Under the pieces are notes generated by a model that saw only the letters and a program-made list of their open reading frames with translations, did not search any database and was not told where the DNA came from. Shown one piece after another: positions 41,766 to 52,390 of a stretch of DNA of 64,000 nt (the stretch's first letter is position 1; each line of letters opens with the position of its first letter). The stretch comes from an uncultured delta proteobacterium (GTDB taxonomy: Bacteria; Desulfobacterota; Binatia; UBA9968), in assembly GCA_963745035.1 (NCBI GenBank), contig CAVUVW010000013.1:1280001-1344000 (forward strand), read 5' to 3'. Made by a program: the position numbers and the translations under genes.

Positions 41766-41781
41766 ACGCCGCGGCGGCAGA

Positions 41782-42953
41782 TCACCACGCCTGTTCCAAC
41801 ACTTCGAGAACCTGCGCGGCGGCGGTGACGGGCTTGGGATTAGTGTGAATGCTGTAATCATCGAGCGCGTCGACGGCGAGTTGCCGCAAACCATCGCGCG
41901 GCACGCCCAGTTCGCGCAGTTTGAGCGGCAGCCCCATGCGTTGATTCATGCCGTAAACATATTCGGGAACCGCGGCGGCCAGCTTTCTTGATCGGCGCCG
42001 TCGATGCCGATCTCACGGCCCATGCGCGCGTGCGCATCGATGGTGGCGTCGAGATTCCAGCGCATCGCATAGGGCAGCATTAGCGCATGGATCTCCGCAT
42101 GCGGCGCTTTGTAGCGTCCGCCGACCACGTGCACGATCGCGTGATGGATGCCGGTCCAGGCGCTGTAAACGCCCATGCCGGAAAGGCAAGCCGCCACTTG
42201 CACGTGGCTCAAGGCTTCGAGATCGCGCGAATCCGCCACCGCGCGCGGCAGGTAGCGCGCAATCAAGCCGATACCGCGCAGACAGTACGCCTCCGTCATC
42301 GGCTGGGTCTCCGTGGAATAAACCGCCTCGACGCAGTGCGCCAGCGCATTCATGCCGGAAGCGGCCAGCAATCTGCCGGGCGCGGTCGCCGCCGCCTCGG
42401 GATCGAGGAGAACCGTGCGCGGCGCGAGCTTGGGATCGGCGACAATGTATTTCTTGCCACCTTCGCTGATCCCGGCCGAATAGCTGTACTCGCCGCCGGA
42501 GAGCGTCGTCGGGATCGCGATGTGCGGCAGCTTCGGCGCGGGCATGGGCGGGACCTCTTTTTTATTCGGCGGCGTGAAGCGCACGCCGAAGCGCGGCAGC
42601 GCGCCGCCCTCTGCAAGCAAAGCCGCCACGCCCTTGGCGGTATCGATGGCGCTGCCGCCGCCGACGCTGACCAGCGAGTCAATCCGCGCCTCACGCGCGC
42701 GTTCGACCGCTCTGGCAATCGAATCCGTCGGCGAGTGCGGTTTTACTGCATCGAAGATCGCCGCGCACCTGGCGCCGAGACTGGATTTAATCCGCTCCAG
42801 CAAAAACGTCCTGGCGACCGACGGCGAGATCACGACTAAAGCGCGAGTTCCGCCGACCCTGTCGATCTCCTCGGCCAATTTGCCGATCGCCCCGGCGCCC
42901 GAGATGATGCGCTCGACCCGGGGGTTGTTAAACGTGAAAGTGGCGCCCGCCAT
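41782..42953 (-). CDS. Iron-type alcohol dehydrogenase family, maleylacetate-reductase-like (3' frameshift)
   Basis: VGGGSAIDTAK, IPTTLSG, SGMNALAHCVEA, HHAIVH. Confidence 0.82.
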
Positions 42954-42962
42954 CTTGTTTGC

Positions 42963-44022
42963 TTATTTTAAAATGTCTTTCAGCCGCCCGACCAGCGCGG
43001 GCTCGAGACGGAGCAGCTCTCTGACGTTGCGCTCTAGCTCCTCGCCCGATCCCGGATTGAATTCCAGATTAGCCTTGCCCGCTTCAGTTGAGCAGCTCGG
43101 GATCTTTAACGGTTTCCATGAACGCTTTGCGCAGAATATCCACTCGATCCTTGGGCGTGCCCGGCGGTAAAACGTAGGGCCGCACCGCCGCGCCGTGAGC
43201 TTGAGCGACCGCCTGAATGAGCTTGCGTGCTTCGTCGCTCTTCGCCAGATTGAACGCGAGCGGCACCTTGGGGAGATCCGCATGCGGCTTCGCGCTGAGC
43301 TGCAGCACGATCGTCACTTCACCGTTTTCGAGCTCCTTGCGCCACGTTGAGCGAAACGATTGCCAGGAGTTGCTGAGGCCGCCGACCTCGCCGCCGTTGA
43401 ACGCCAGGCGAATCGGCGCGGTGCCTTTGTATCCCGACACGACCTGAATCGGTAAGTTGAGAGCGACCTCGGCAACCTTAGCGGTGTCGTAGGTGCCGTC
43501 GCCGGCGGAGATGGCGCCGAACTTGACCGGCGTTTTCGCCGCCAAGAATTGCTCCACGTTGGTGATGCCGGTGGTCTTGGCCACGCCGAAGACGAAGTTG
43601 TCCTGCGCCGGCACGCCGATGTATTCGAACTTGAGCGCATCGAACTCGATGCCCGGCTTGCCGAGGAGCTGCTGCAGAAACTGCCCACCGACGAAATGAC
43701 CGATGGTGAGGCCGTCGGGCTTGGCGACTTTGAAAAGATGATTCGCCGAAACCAAACCGCCCGCGCCCGGCATGTTGTCGACGACGATCGTCGGATTGCC
43801 GGGAATATGCTTGGAGAAATGGCGGGCGATCAGGCGAGTGTAGGTATCGTAGCCGCCTCCGGGCGAGGTGCCGACGATGATGCGAATCGCTTTCCCCTCG
43901 TAAAACGGCGCAGCGCCGTAGACCGGCAGCCCGCTCGCCGCCAAAAAAATCGACAGAAAAACCAGAGCCGTCGTCAAACGCAGCATCGTTGGGAACCATC
44001 CTCTGAGAATTCTATCCGACAT
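42963..44022 (-). CDS. TctC/Bug-like substrate-binding protein (3' frameshift)
   Basis: FYEGKAIRIIVGTSPGGGYD, NMPGAGG, KPDGLTIG, PPGTPKDRV. Confidence 0.88.
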
Positions 44023-44090
44023 TTCCGCCCCTCCAAATATGACGAGTCCTGATTTGAAAAATGATCAGCGGCCGCCACAAACTTGTCGCG

Positions 44091-44905
44091 CTAGCGCGAG
44101 AGCGCGGTCTTGGAATTTCCGGGGAACAGGCCATGCTTGGTGAGAAACTCGATCATGAAGCGATTGAATAGCCACGGCTGCTCGATCTGGCAGGCGTGGC
44201 CCGCTCCGGGCAAAGTCTTCAACTCGCAATTGGGTACGAGCTTCTGCAAAGCGAAGGCGCGCTGATGAGAGTTGTCTTCGCTGCCGGTGAGAATGATCAT
44301 CGGACAGCGAATATTTTCGTGATGGCCCTCGGGGTACGGCGCCGACAGTGCTTTGAACTGATGAATGATCGTCTCGACGTCGGCGTGCTCGTTGCGATCG
44401 GTGAACAGGTTGGCGAAGAAATGCGCCAGCGGCGTGGTGCGAAACGCGGCGCTGAAGTCCTCGAACGTGTAAGCCCAGCGATAGTCCACGCCTTGTTTGC
44501 GCATAATTCTCGATGCGCCCCTTGGTGAATTCCTTGGTCGGATTGTAGCCTGTGCCCGCCAATACCAACGCCGCGGTCTTGCTTCGGCCGCTGGTGGTAC
44601 ATGTACGGCGCGATCGAAGATCCCACCGAGCAGCCGACCAGAGTCGCGCTCTCGCCCGCCGCGGCATCGTCGATCGCTTCCCAGCAGGCCTGCGCCATGT
44701 CGGTCATGGTCAAACCGGCGTCCGCTTTGGGCGAGCGGCCGTATCCCGGAATGTCGATTGCGATGCAGCGATACCAGGTCGACAGATGCGCCATCTGAAA
44801 TATCCAACACGACTGGTCCATCGGGTTAGGATGGATGAATGCGATCACCGGCCCCGAGCGTCCCATGCGCTCGTAGTAAAGCGGTCCGTGAATATGATCG
44901 GCCAT
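44091..44905 (-). CDS. Alpha/beta hydrolase (one frameshift)
   Basis: AIDIPGYGRS, nucleophile elbow GCSVG, LTGSED, GAGHACQIEQP. Confidence 0.85.
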
Positions 44906-44944
44906 GATGTCCTCCTCATTATTTTTTCGATCGGGAGAAAAAAA

Positions 44945-45998
44945 CTACTTCGGCGCCTCGTGCGCGAGGCGCTTGTACATGCTCATGATCTCCGGGCGCC
45001 AGTCGGTGTAGAGCTTCACGTCTTCAAGGACTTCCTTGCCGCTGAACATTTGCTCGAAGGTATTTCCTTCCAGCACAACGTCTTCCCAGTCCTTGCGGAA
45101 CGCCGGATCTTTGCCGGTCTTCAGCAGCGCGTCTTCCATGATCTTGCGGATCGACTCGGGAGTTCCCGGCGGGAACGCCATGGCGGCGCCCAACCGGTCG
45201 GTGGAGTTGATCTTCTGGATAATATTTTTTTGCGTGTCGGTCTTGGCGAACTGCATGATCGAGGGGACGCCGTCGAACAGCGCATGTTTCACCGGCGGCA
45301 GTTCTTCCGGCAGGGTCATGGCGAGTAGCGCAACGACCTCGCGCTTGGCGAACCATTCGGGCTTGTCGGTCATCATGGAAGCCGCGTCGTTCACCCGTCC
45401 CTCCACTTCACCCTGCTCCATCGCGACGTAGAGCTGCAGCGTATCGTAGCCCAGCACCCAGCGAACTTTGAGGCCCAACACTTCGGCGATGAGGCGCGAA
45501 TAGAGATAACTGCGATTGCCCACCCCTTGCGCCCCGAGCGTCACTTCCCGCTTTCTTAAGTCGTCCAGGGTTTTGATTCCCGCTCGTTGATGCATGAAAA
45601 GAACGTTGCGCTGTTTGCCGGTGCTCGGCGCGCCGACGTAGACGAAGTTGCGCGGCTCGTAAGTCGCGCCGGGCGCGCCGAAGTACGGCGCTTCCAAATA
45701 GGACGAAATCACCATCGACATGAAGCTGCCGTCGGCCGGCGCTTTACTCAAAGCGAGCATCGCCGGAATACCCTGGCCGCCGGACTTGTTTTGAATCAAG
45801 AATGCCGGACTGCCCGGAGTATATTTTGTCAAATACCTGGCCAGGGTTCGCGCGATGCGATCCTGTCTTCCGCCCGCCTGGGCGCCGACCTGTAGAGCGA
45901 TGGTCTTCCCCTGGAAGTATGCTTGTTCGGCAGCGTCGAATCTTTACCGGCGATGCGAACAACACGAATAGAATTCACAACAACCAATGCGCTCTCAT
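44945..45998 (-). CDS. TctC/Bug-like substrate-binding protein (5' frameshift)
   Basis: YFQGKTIALQVG, WVLGYD, MEQGEVEGR, FPPGTPE. Confidence 0.75.
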
Positions 45999-46083
45999 TA
46001 TTCTTCGACTCCTCGAATCGTTTACGTTCAGATTAGGGATTGTGCGATTCATGAATTGTAGCCCGTAGCTATGTCTTCAACTT

Positions 46084-47142
46084 CTAGATCGAAAACGGCG
46101 AGAAATTTCTCGCTCCGCTCGAAATGACAACACGCTTTACCTCGGCGCCGTAGAGTTTATCGATAAATCCACTGTCATCGAGCTCTTTGATGAAACGCAA
46201 TTCCGCGAAATCCTGCGGCTTCGCTGTTTTCGCCTTTGGATCTTTTTCGCCGAGCGAGTCGAGAATCATCTTGATTCCATCCAACGTCGGATACTGTTTG
46301 CGCGGCAGGATATTTTCGGCAATGGCGCGGTCGTAAGTTTTTTCCAAAATTTCGCGGTCCGTCAATCCGCCCATGTACTTTGCCAGGACGCGAATGCCGC
46401 CCTCACGATCGGTCTTGAGCCGATGCACCGCTTCGACATGCGCTTTAATGTAAGCGCGCACGACTTCGGGCCGCTCGCGGATGAATTTTCGCGTGGTAGC
46501 CACGCCTGTGTGTTGATAAGGCAGACCGAGCGCGGCGACGTCAGCCAAAACATTGAAGCCTTTTTTCTGCGCCGCAAAAGTACTCGGGGGCACGTGCACC
46601 GTCGCCTGCACCCGATTGCTTTCGAGTCCGGCCTGGCGCGTCGCCGGATTGCCGAGCTGCACGAAGGCGACATCCTTATCCGGCACCAGCCCGATCTTTT
46701 GCAGCGCGAAGCGCGCGACAAAATCGCTCGCCGTGCCGAAGCTGCTGATCGCCACCGCGCCGCCCTTGAGCTGCGCGGGCGTTTTAATCTCGGGCCGGCT
46801 CAGGAGCCACCAATCCAGAGTGACCGTACCGCCTGCAACCATGACAGTATCGGATCCGCCGAGCGCGCTGTTGATAATGCCGATGCCGGCGATTTGCGAG
46901 ATCGGTGTATCTCCCGCCACCAAAGCCATGATCGGCACGTTACCGGTCAACATGACGATCTGCGCGTCGAGCCCGTTTTTCGCCAACAAGCCGGCGTCTT
47001 TGGCCATCCAGATCGGCAAATGCGCGGAGCTCATCGACGCGTAACCCGCGCTCAGTTTCGCTGAACCTTGCGGATAAACATTCGCCGGCGAGAAGACAAA
47101 CCAGCTCAAGAAAAGTAGAAAGCAGATTTTCCGACAGTCCAT
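46084..47142 (-). CDS. ABC-type substrate-binding protein, NMT1/SsuA-like
   Basis: Signal peptide; AGLLAKNGLD, QLKGGAVAIS, ELDDSGFIDKLY. Confidence 0.88.
   Translation of the reverse strand: MDCRKICFLLFLSWFVFSPANVYPQGSAKLSAGYASMSSAHLPIWMAKDAGLLAKNGLDAQIVMLTGNVPIMALVAGDTPISQIAGIGIINSALGGSDTVMVAGGTVTLDWWLLSRPEIKTPAQLKGGAVAISSFGTASDFVARFALQKIGLVPDKDVAFVQLGNPATRQAGLESNRVQATVHVPPSTFAAQKKGFNVLADVAALGLPYQHTGVATTRKFIRERPEVVRAYIKAHVEAVHRLKTDREGGIRVLAKYMGGLTDREILEKTYDRAIAENILPRKQYPTLDGIKMILDSLGEKDPKAKTAKPQDFAELRFIKELDDSGFIDKLYGAEVKRVVISSGARNFSPFSI
46101..46128 (-). repeat. REP-like repeat inside the 3' tail of the SBP gene
   Basis: Minus strand GTCATTTCGAGCGGAGCGAGAAATTTCT, same family as 19952-19986. 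Confidence 0.6.
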
Positions 47143-47246
47143 CGGCGCCTCCCCAGGATTGACTCGAACGGTTCGAGCCGAATCTAACATGGCCCTATTC
47201 GCGGAATCAAAGAAATGCGTAGTTTCCCGAAGCGCCCCGCAGGATA

Positions 47247-48011
47247 TCAAATAATCCGCGCCACGCGCTTGCCTTGCATGATTTCCGTGTCGTGGTTGGG
47301 AAAAGCGAGATCAGGCCGCGCCGCCGTAGTCAGGGCGCGGTCGAGCGCGACTACGGTATCACCCAAATGGTAGTACCAGCCCACAGGATGGCGGTCGCGA
47401 ATGTTTTTGAACGTGTACGCGATGTCGCCGCAGAGCACGGCCCTGCCGGCCGCGGTGTCCAGCGCCACCATCTGCGACCCGGGCGTGTGGCCGCCGGCCT
47501 TCAGCAGCTCCAGCCCGGGGTAAAGTTCGAAGTCGCCATCGACCAGCTCGATGCGGCCGTCCTGTTTTAGTTTTTCCAGCGCCGGGCGCACCCGCGGACG
47601 AATTTGCCTGTCGAAAATCTCGTGGCGCATCAGCGGTCCCGTCCAAAATTCCAATTCGGCCCGCTGGATGGCGAATTTTGCCACGGGAAAATAATCCAGG
47701 CCGGTGAAATGATCCTGATGAAAATGGGTGACGATGACGGTTTTGACTTCCTCGGCTTTGACGCCGATCTCCCTGAGCAGGGCGGGCGGCTCGATGAAAT
47801 TTTTTCCCTGCGCCCACTCCGGCGCAACGTAGTCGGGATGGTAACCGGTATCGACGACGACCGGACCTCTCGGTCCGTCGATGAGCCAGAAAATATAGGC
47901 AACCGGTTTATCGCGCTCCAAATCGCTGCGCACGCAGGGCATGATCCCCGCGCGCCACCAGTTCTCGCTCATGCCCACCATCAGCGCGTGAATTGTGTGA
48001 TTTGAGGTCAT
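47247..48011 (-). CDS. Metallo-beta-lactamase fold hydrolase (N-acyl homoserine lactonase family)
   Basis: VVDTG, THFHQDH (HxHxDH), GGHTPGSQ, LCGD, PNHD. Confidence 0.88.
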   Translation of the reverse strand: MTSNHTIHALMVGMSENWWRAGIMPCVRSDLERDKPVAYIFWLIDGPRGPVVVDTGYHPDYVAPEWAQGKNFIEPPALLREIGVKAEEVKTVIVTHFHQDHFTGLDYFPVAKFAIQRAELEFWTGPLMRHEIFDRQIRPRVRPALEKLKQDGRIELVDGDFELYPGLELLKAGGHTPGSQMVALDTAAGRAVLCGDIAYTFKNIRDRHPVGWYYHLGDTVVALDRALTTAARPDLAFPNHDTEIMQGKRVARII

Positions 48012-48081
48012 CCTCGAACTTCTCCTCTTGGCGCACAGCGGTCGTTGGTTTTGACTAAGGCGAGGGGAGATCTCTGAACAA

Positions 48082-48320
48082 AAATCCCTCCATCTCCCTT
48101 TGACAAAGGAGGATGTCAATTGATCTTGGTGATCCGAAGAATTGTTTTGACAAAGGTCACGAAGGGATCATGAGCGACGCGCGCCCACAGAGAATGAAAA
48201 GGGAGATATGTCGCTGCGTCTTTTCCACCTCCTTTCCTTTGACGGGGAAAGGGGGAATGGGGTATCGAATTAAATGAATCACCCCTACCTTTGTCCTGCA
48301 TCCAAGGGGAAGAATAGGGT
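48082..48320. repeat. Cluster of degenerate CCCTTT...AAAGG(G) palindromes
   Basis: CTCCCTTTGACAAAGGAGG at about 48094 and CCTTTCCTTTGACGGGGAAAGG at about 48230 in a non-coding gap. Confidence 0.45.
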
Positions 48321-48399
48321 TGGTGGTTTCATGGTGAGCCAAAGGACAGGCCTCACTCTTGAAGGAAGCTAACTCGGACGGTTTCTGCGCGTCCGGTCG

Positions 48400-49518
48400 T
48401 TATCCACTTTGAGCGCGCATGTCGGCCGCGAGCAGGTGAACCGCGGTCCAGGCGAGTATCGGATGGGCGCCGGCCTTGGCGACCGTAAGCGGCTCCAAGC
48501 TCTTCACCGCGGTGATTTCCTCCGGGCGGAGCTGATACTCGGCGAACATGGAGTCCGCGTCCTTCGCAAAGCGATGTCGCTCGTCCGCGTTCATCCGCAG
48601 AGCATAAAGCAGTCGATTGAGATTGTACGCTTCGGGCTCGGGAAATTTGTAATAACGATAGCCGGCTGATGAAGTTTTATCGGGTTTTGGCAGGGAACTC
48701 ATGAGTGGCGCTCCCTCGAGCGGCGTGGCGAGCGGAAAGTTGATGACTCCCAGACCGTGATGCCAGGTGGGCTGGTAGGACAAAACCTCGCCGCGCTGGT
48801 TGCCGATCGCACCGAAGACCACATACCAGGTCAGCAACTCGGTTTCGCCGGTCTCGTCGAGCTTTTCCGACGTCAGGTTCAATAGCGAAGATTGATCGCC
48901 GCGCTCCATAACCTCGAGAAGATAGCGGTCGAATTCGAAGTCGGGATAGCCGTATTTATCCGTGCCCGGATAGTGCGACATGCCGCCGCTGGCCAAGATG
49001 GCCACTCGCTCGCCGCGCTCGGCGACTATTTCTGCGATACAGCGTCCGAGTTGATAAGCCCGATGCGGCTGCGGCAAGGGCGGCACATAAACATTGACGA
49101 ACACCGGCACGATAGGAATCCGGCGCTGCTCGAGGATGAACTCAAAAGGCACGACAAACGCGTGGCCCATGAACGCCTTGTGGCAGAAGGCCATGTCGAT
49201 GTCGCGTTTGAGACAGCCGTCAAGCATTGCGCGAGCCAGCTCCTGGTGCACTGCCACGCGGTACTGTTTGCGCCCGAATGAACCGGCGACCTCCGGTCCG
49301 ACGACCACAGCAAAGGCGGGCGAGACGTCCAGCGAAAAAGCTTCGAGATGATCCAGACCGACGACGATTAAGGCATCCGGCTTCGTCTCGTCGAGAATCC
49401 GCCCGAGCCGGCGCATCCCCTCGATGGTCGCGTCGAGTTGGGCCGGGTCCTCGCCTGGCTGGCGCAGGAAAAGCGCCGGCGCGTGACAGGAAACCATCGA
49501 GGCAACGATCTGTCCCAT
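48400..49518 (-). CDS. Class III extradiol ring-cleavage dioxygenase: LigB domain fused to a C-terminal LigA-like domain
   Basis: SCHAP, DHLEAF, GHAFVVP, SGGMSHYPG, GETEL; C-terminal YNLNRLLYALR ... RFAKD ... GAHP. Confidence 0.82.
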   Translation of the reverse strand: MGQIVASMVSCHAPALFLRQPGEDPAQLDATIEGMRRLGRILDETKPDALIVVGLDHLEAFSLDVSPAFAVVVGPEVAGSFGRKQYRVAVHQELARAMLDGCLKRDIDMAFCHKAFMGHAFVVPFEFILEQRRIPIVPVFVNVYVPPLPQPHRAYQLGRCIAEIVAERGERVAILASGGMSHYPGTDKYGYPDFEFDRYLLEVMERGDQSSLLNLTSEKLDETGETELLTWYVVFGAIGNQRGEVLSYQPTWHHGLGVINFPLATPLEGAPLMSSLPKPDKTSSAGYRYYKFPEPEAYNLNRLLYALRMNADERHRFAKDADSMFAEYQLRPEEITAVKSLEPLTVAKAGAHPILAWTAVHLLAADMRAQSG

Positions 49519-49549
49519 GAGACCTCCTCGCGCCGAAGATTCGACGGGA

Positions 49550-50443
49550 TCAGCCGTGCGCGGAGACCGCACGGTCGTAATCGGGTGCGCCGACCTGCCC
49601 TTCCGGAAAGAGCTTTTCTTGTTCCATCCAGCGATGAGTTTGCTCGAACATCTCGCGCGTATACGGCTCGAATACCAGCCGCTCCCCAGGTCCGAACGCG
49701 CCGACATCGATCATGGCGTGATATTTTTCCGGCAATTCTTTCAGGAAGTAGTGTTTATAGCGCTCCGGCTCGAGGTCGATATCACGCTGTGCGCGCCGCA
49801 GCGCCTTGAAATAGCGATCGATATCATCGACGTTCGCATCGTTATGCAACAAAAACCCGATCATGAAAGTCGTGTCGAGAATTTTTCGGAAGCCCTGTTG
49901 TTCGGCGAGATAAAGCGGCGCGCCGAACATGTTTGCGGCCTCGACCTTGCGGTTCAACAACGCCGCCAGGCGGTCCTGCGGCTGGCCGATATACGCCAGT
50001 TTGATTTCGTCCGGCTTGAGCACCTTTTCCAGAGCCTGGATCGCCGAAAAGTAACTGCCCGAGTGATAGCCGACGCCGACTTCGATGCCGGCCAAGTCGC
50101 GCGGTTTCATAACCGAGGATTCCGGCGCAACGACGATGGCCGAGGGCGTCACCGAGTATGCGTGTCCCCACATGCGGCCGTGGCCGGAGGAAGAAGCCAT
50201 ATTGACGGCCCAGTGACACGCGCAACTTATATCGGCGGCGCGACCTTTCTCCATATTTTCGAAGGCGCCGCGCTTGACTTCCGGCGCCGCGGACTCGGCC
50301 GATTGGACAAGTCCGTAGCCGGACGCCTGCGTCGCATAGGAGGTTAGAAATTCGTAATCCAGTCCTTCGTCCCTGAAATAACCCTTTTCATCGGCGACCC
50401 ATTCTTGCAGACGTCCGTGTGGCTCTATGCGGAATTTGCTCAT
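49550..50443 (-). CDS. NMT1/SsuA-fold protein without signal peptide
   Basis: GGAGG RBS; WVADEKGYFRDEGLD, DLAGIEVGVG; hydrophilic N-terminus. Confidence 0.78.
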   Translation of the reverse strand: MSKFRIEPHGRLQEWVADEKGYFRDEGLDYEFLTSYATQASGYGLVQSAESAAPEVKRGAFENMEKGRAADISCACHWAVNMASSSGHGRMWGHAYSVTPSAIVVAPESSVMKPRDLAGIEVGVGYHSGSYFSAIQALEKVLKPDEIKLAYIGQPQDRLAALLNRKVEAANMFGAPLYLAEQQGFRKILDTTFMIGFLLHNDANVDDIDRYFKALRRAQRDIDLEPERYKHYFLKELPEKYHAMIDVGAFGPGERLVFEPYTREMFEQTHRWMEQEKLFPEGQVGAPDYDRAVSAHG

Positions 50444-50590
50444 AAAGACCTCCGTGGGTGGATTTCGTCGGCTTATTCTAGCGTCCGTCCCGGACGATCG
50501 AGAACGAATTCGGCAAAACAAACGGCGGATCTGCTGATGAACCCTATCGAAGGCACGTACTCCATGTCAATGTCGTCTACTCTGTTACCG

Positions 50591-50619
50591 TTGACAACAT
50601 CGGGACCCGAATATAACTT
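50591..50619 (+). promoter_or_regulatory. Putative sigma70 promoter of the TRAP operon
   Basis: TTGACA-N17-TAACTT. Confidence 0.5.
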
Positions 50620-50697
50620 TCCGGCTATTCAAGATTCTGGCGCTACGTTCACCAACACAAGGTGCGGGCAATCAACCAGCACCTTCAGGAGGCTCGT

Positions 50698-51727
50698 ATG
50701 CGAGAGTTTTTCTGCTCCTGCCGTTTCGTCTCCTTTGCCCTCTCGACTTTGCTTTTTTCTTTGCCGGCTTGGAAGCTTTCCTACGCCGTTGACTTGATCA
50801 TTTCTCACGCTTTTCCGGCAAGACACGTGCAACACCGCCTGTTGCTGGAGCCGTTCAAGAAAGAACTCGAAGAAAAATCGAAGGGCCGCATCAAAGTCAC
50901 GATCCATCCCGGCGGCGCGTTGGCTGCGGCGCCGGCTCATTACGAAAACGTTGTCGCCGGCGCGTTCGATATCGGCTGGACCTTGCAAGGTTACACGCCC
51001 GGTCGTTTTCCCGTAAGCGGCATCATCGAGCTGCCGTTTTTGTGGTCCTCCGCGCAGGAAGCCACACGAGTGTTCTGGCAAATGCTGGAAGAGCTGCCGG
51101 CGCTGCGGAACGAGTACCGCGACGTCAAAGTGCTCGCCACCTGGACTCATGACCTGGGCCAGCTCTACACGACGGCAAAGCCGGTGCGAACTCTGGAGGA
51201 TCTCCGCGGGCTCAAGATTCGCGCGCCCGGACCGGTTCAAGTCTCGATGCTGCGCGCGCTCGGAGCTGTGCCGGTCACCATGCCTGCGGGCGAAATTTAC
51301 GACGCGCTCGAGCGCGGCGTTGTGGATGGCCTGGTCACCGGGCTCTCGGCGATAAAGGGTTTCCGTCTGGATCAGCTAGTCAAGCATGCGACCCTGGTGA
51401 ATTCTTATGTCGCGGCCATGATCGTCGCGATGAACCAGCAAAGTTACAAAAAGCTTGCCACCGAGGATCGCGCGCTGGTCGATAGCTTGACGGGCAGGCA
51501 AATGGCTCATGCTCGGAGCCAAAAACTATGATGATGAAGCCGATGACGGTCTCGCCGCGCTGAAAAAAGCCAAAGCCAACATCTACCAGCTAGCGCCGGC
51601 TGAAACGGAAAAATGGAAGCAGGCTACGTCCCAGGTGAGCAAAGACTGGATCAAGGAGATGGAATCGAAAGGCCGTCCTGGCAAGCAAGTGCATGACAAA
51701 ATGATGAGCCTCATCGGCAAAAAGTAG
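50698..51727 (+). CDS. dctP: TRAP transporter substrate-binding protein (one frameshift)
   Basis: GYTPGRFP, ELPFL, EDLRGLKIRAPG, YDALERGVVDG. Confidence 0.92.
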
Positions 51728-51758
51728 AGTCGTCGCAACCAAGGTATAAGAGTCATTG

Positions 51759-51842
51759 CACCACAGAGGCGCAGAGAACGCAGAGTTCGGACTATTCTCA
51801 TACCAAATATTGTCTCCGGCGTCACTCTGCGCCTCCGCGGTG
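51759..51842. repeat. Long intergenic inverted repeat between dctP and dctQ
   Basis: Arms CACCACAGAGGCGCAGAG (51759-51776) and CTCTGCGCCTCCGCGGTG (51825-51842), 16/18 complementary. Confidence 0.75.
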
Positions 51843-51904
51843 AAGCGGTCACGCGCATTTCCTGAACCGCTACCCAATCATACGTCTCGTCACGATCTAA
51901 CCAG

Positions 51905-52390
51905 ATGGAACGAATTTCCCTCATCATCAATCGGCTTCTTACGCATGTCGGCAGTATCGCGCTGGCAGGCCTGATGTTGCTGACCGTTGCGGACGTCTTC
52001 GGCCGCTATTTCCTGAACCGGCCGGCGCCGGGCACATTCGAGCTGACGGAGCTATTCATGGTGTTCATCGTTTTTCTCGCGTTGGGCCTGGCGCAGCACC
52101 ACAATGAGCACATTTCCCTCGATCTCGCCTACAACTATTTTTCGCCGCGCCTGAAAAAGTACACGAATATTCTAATCGATATCGTGAATCTCACCGTGAT
52201 GGCTGCGGTGACCTGGCAGCTTTACGAATACTCGGCGCGCATGGGCGACGGCAACTATACGACCGCAGTGCTGCAATTGCCGATCCGACCTTTCGTCGTC
52301 GTCGCGTTGGCCGGCACGGCGGCCTATGTGCTCGCCATTCTCTGCGACCTAATCAAATCGATCGGAAAATTTCGCACAGAACCATCATGA
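51905..52390 (+). CDS. dctQ: TRAP transporter small permease
   Basis: TVADVFGRYFLNRP, ELTEL, HISLD; four TM helices. Confidence 0.92.
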   Translation: MERISLIINRLLTHVGSIALAGLMLLTVADVFGRYFLNRPAPGTFELTELFMVFIVFLALGLAQHHNEHISLDLAYNYFSPRLKKYTNILIDIVNLTVMAAVTWQLYEYSARMGDGNYTTAVLQLPIRPFVVVALAGTAAYVLAILCDLIKSIGKFRTEPS

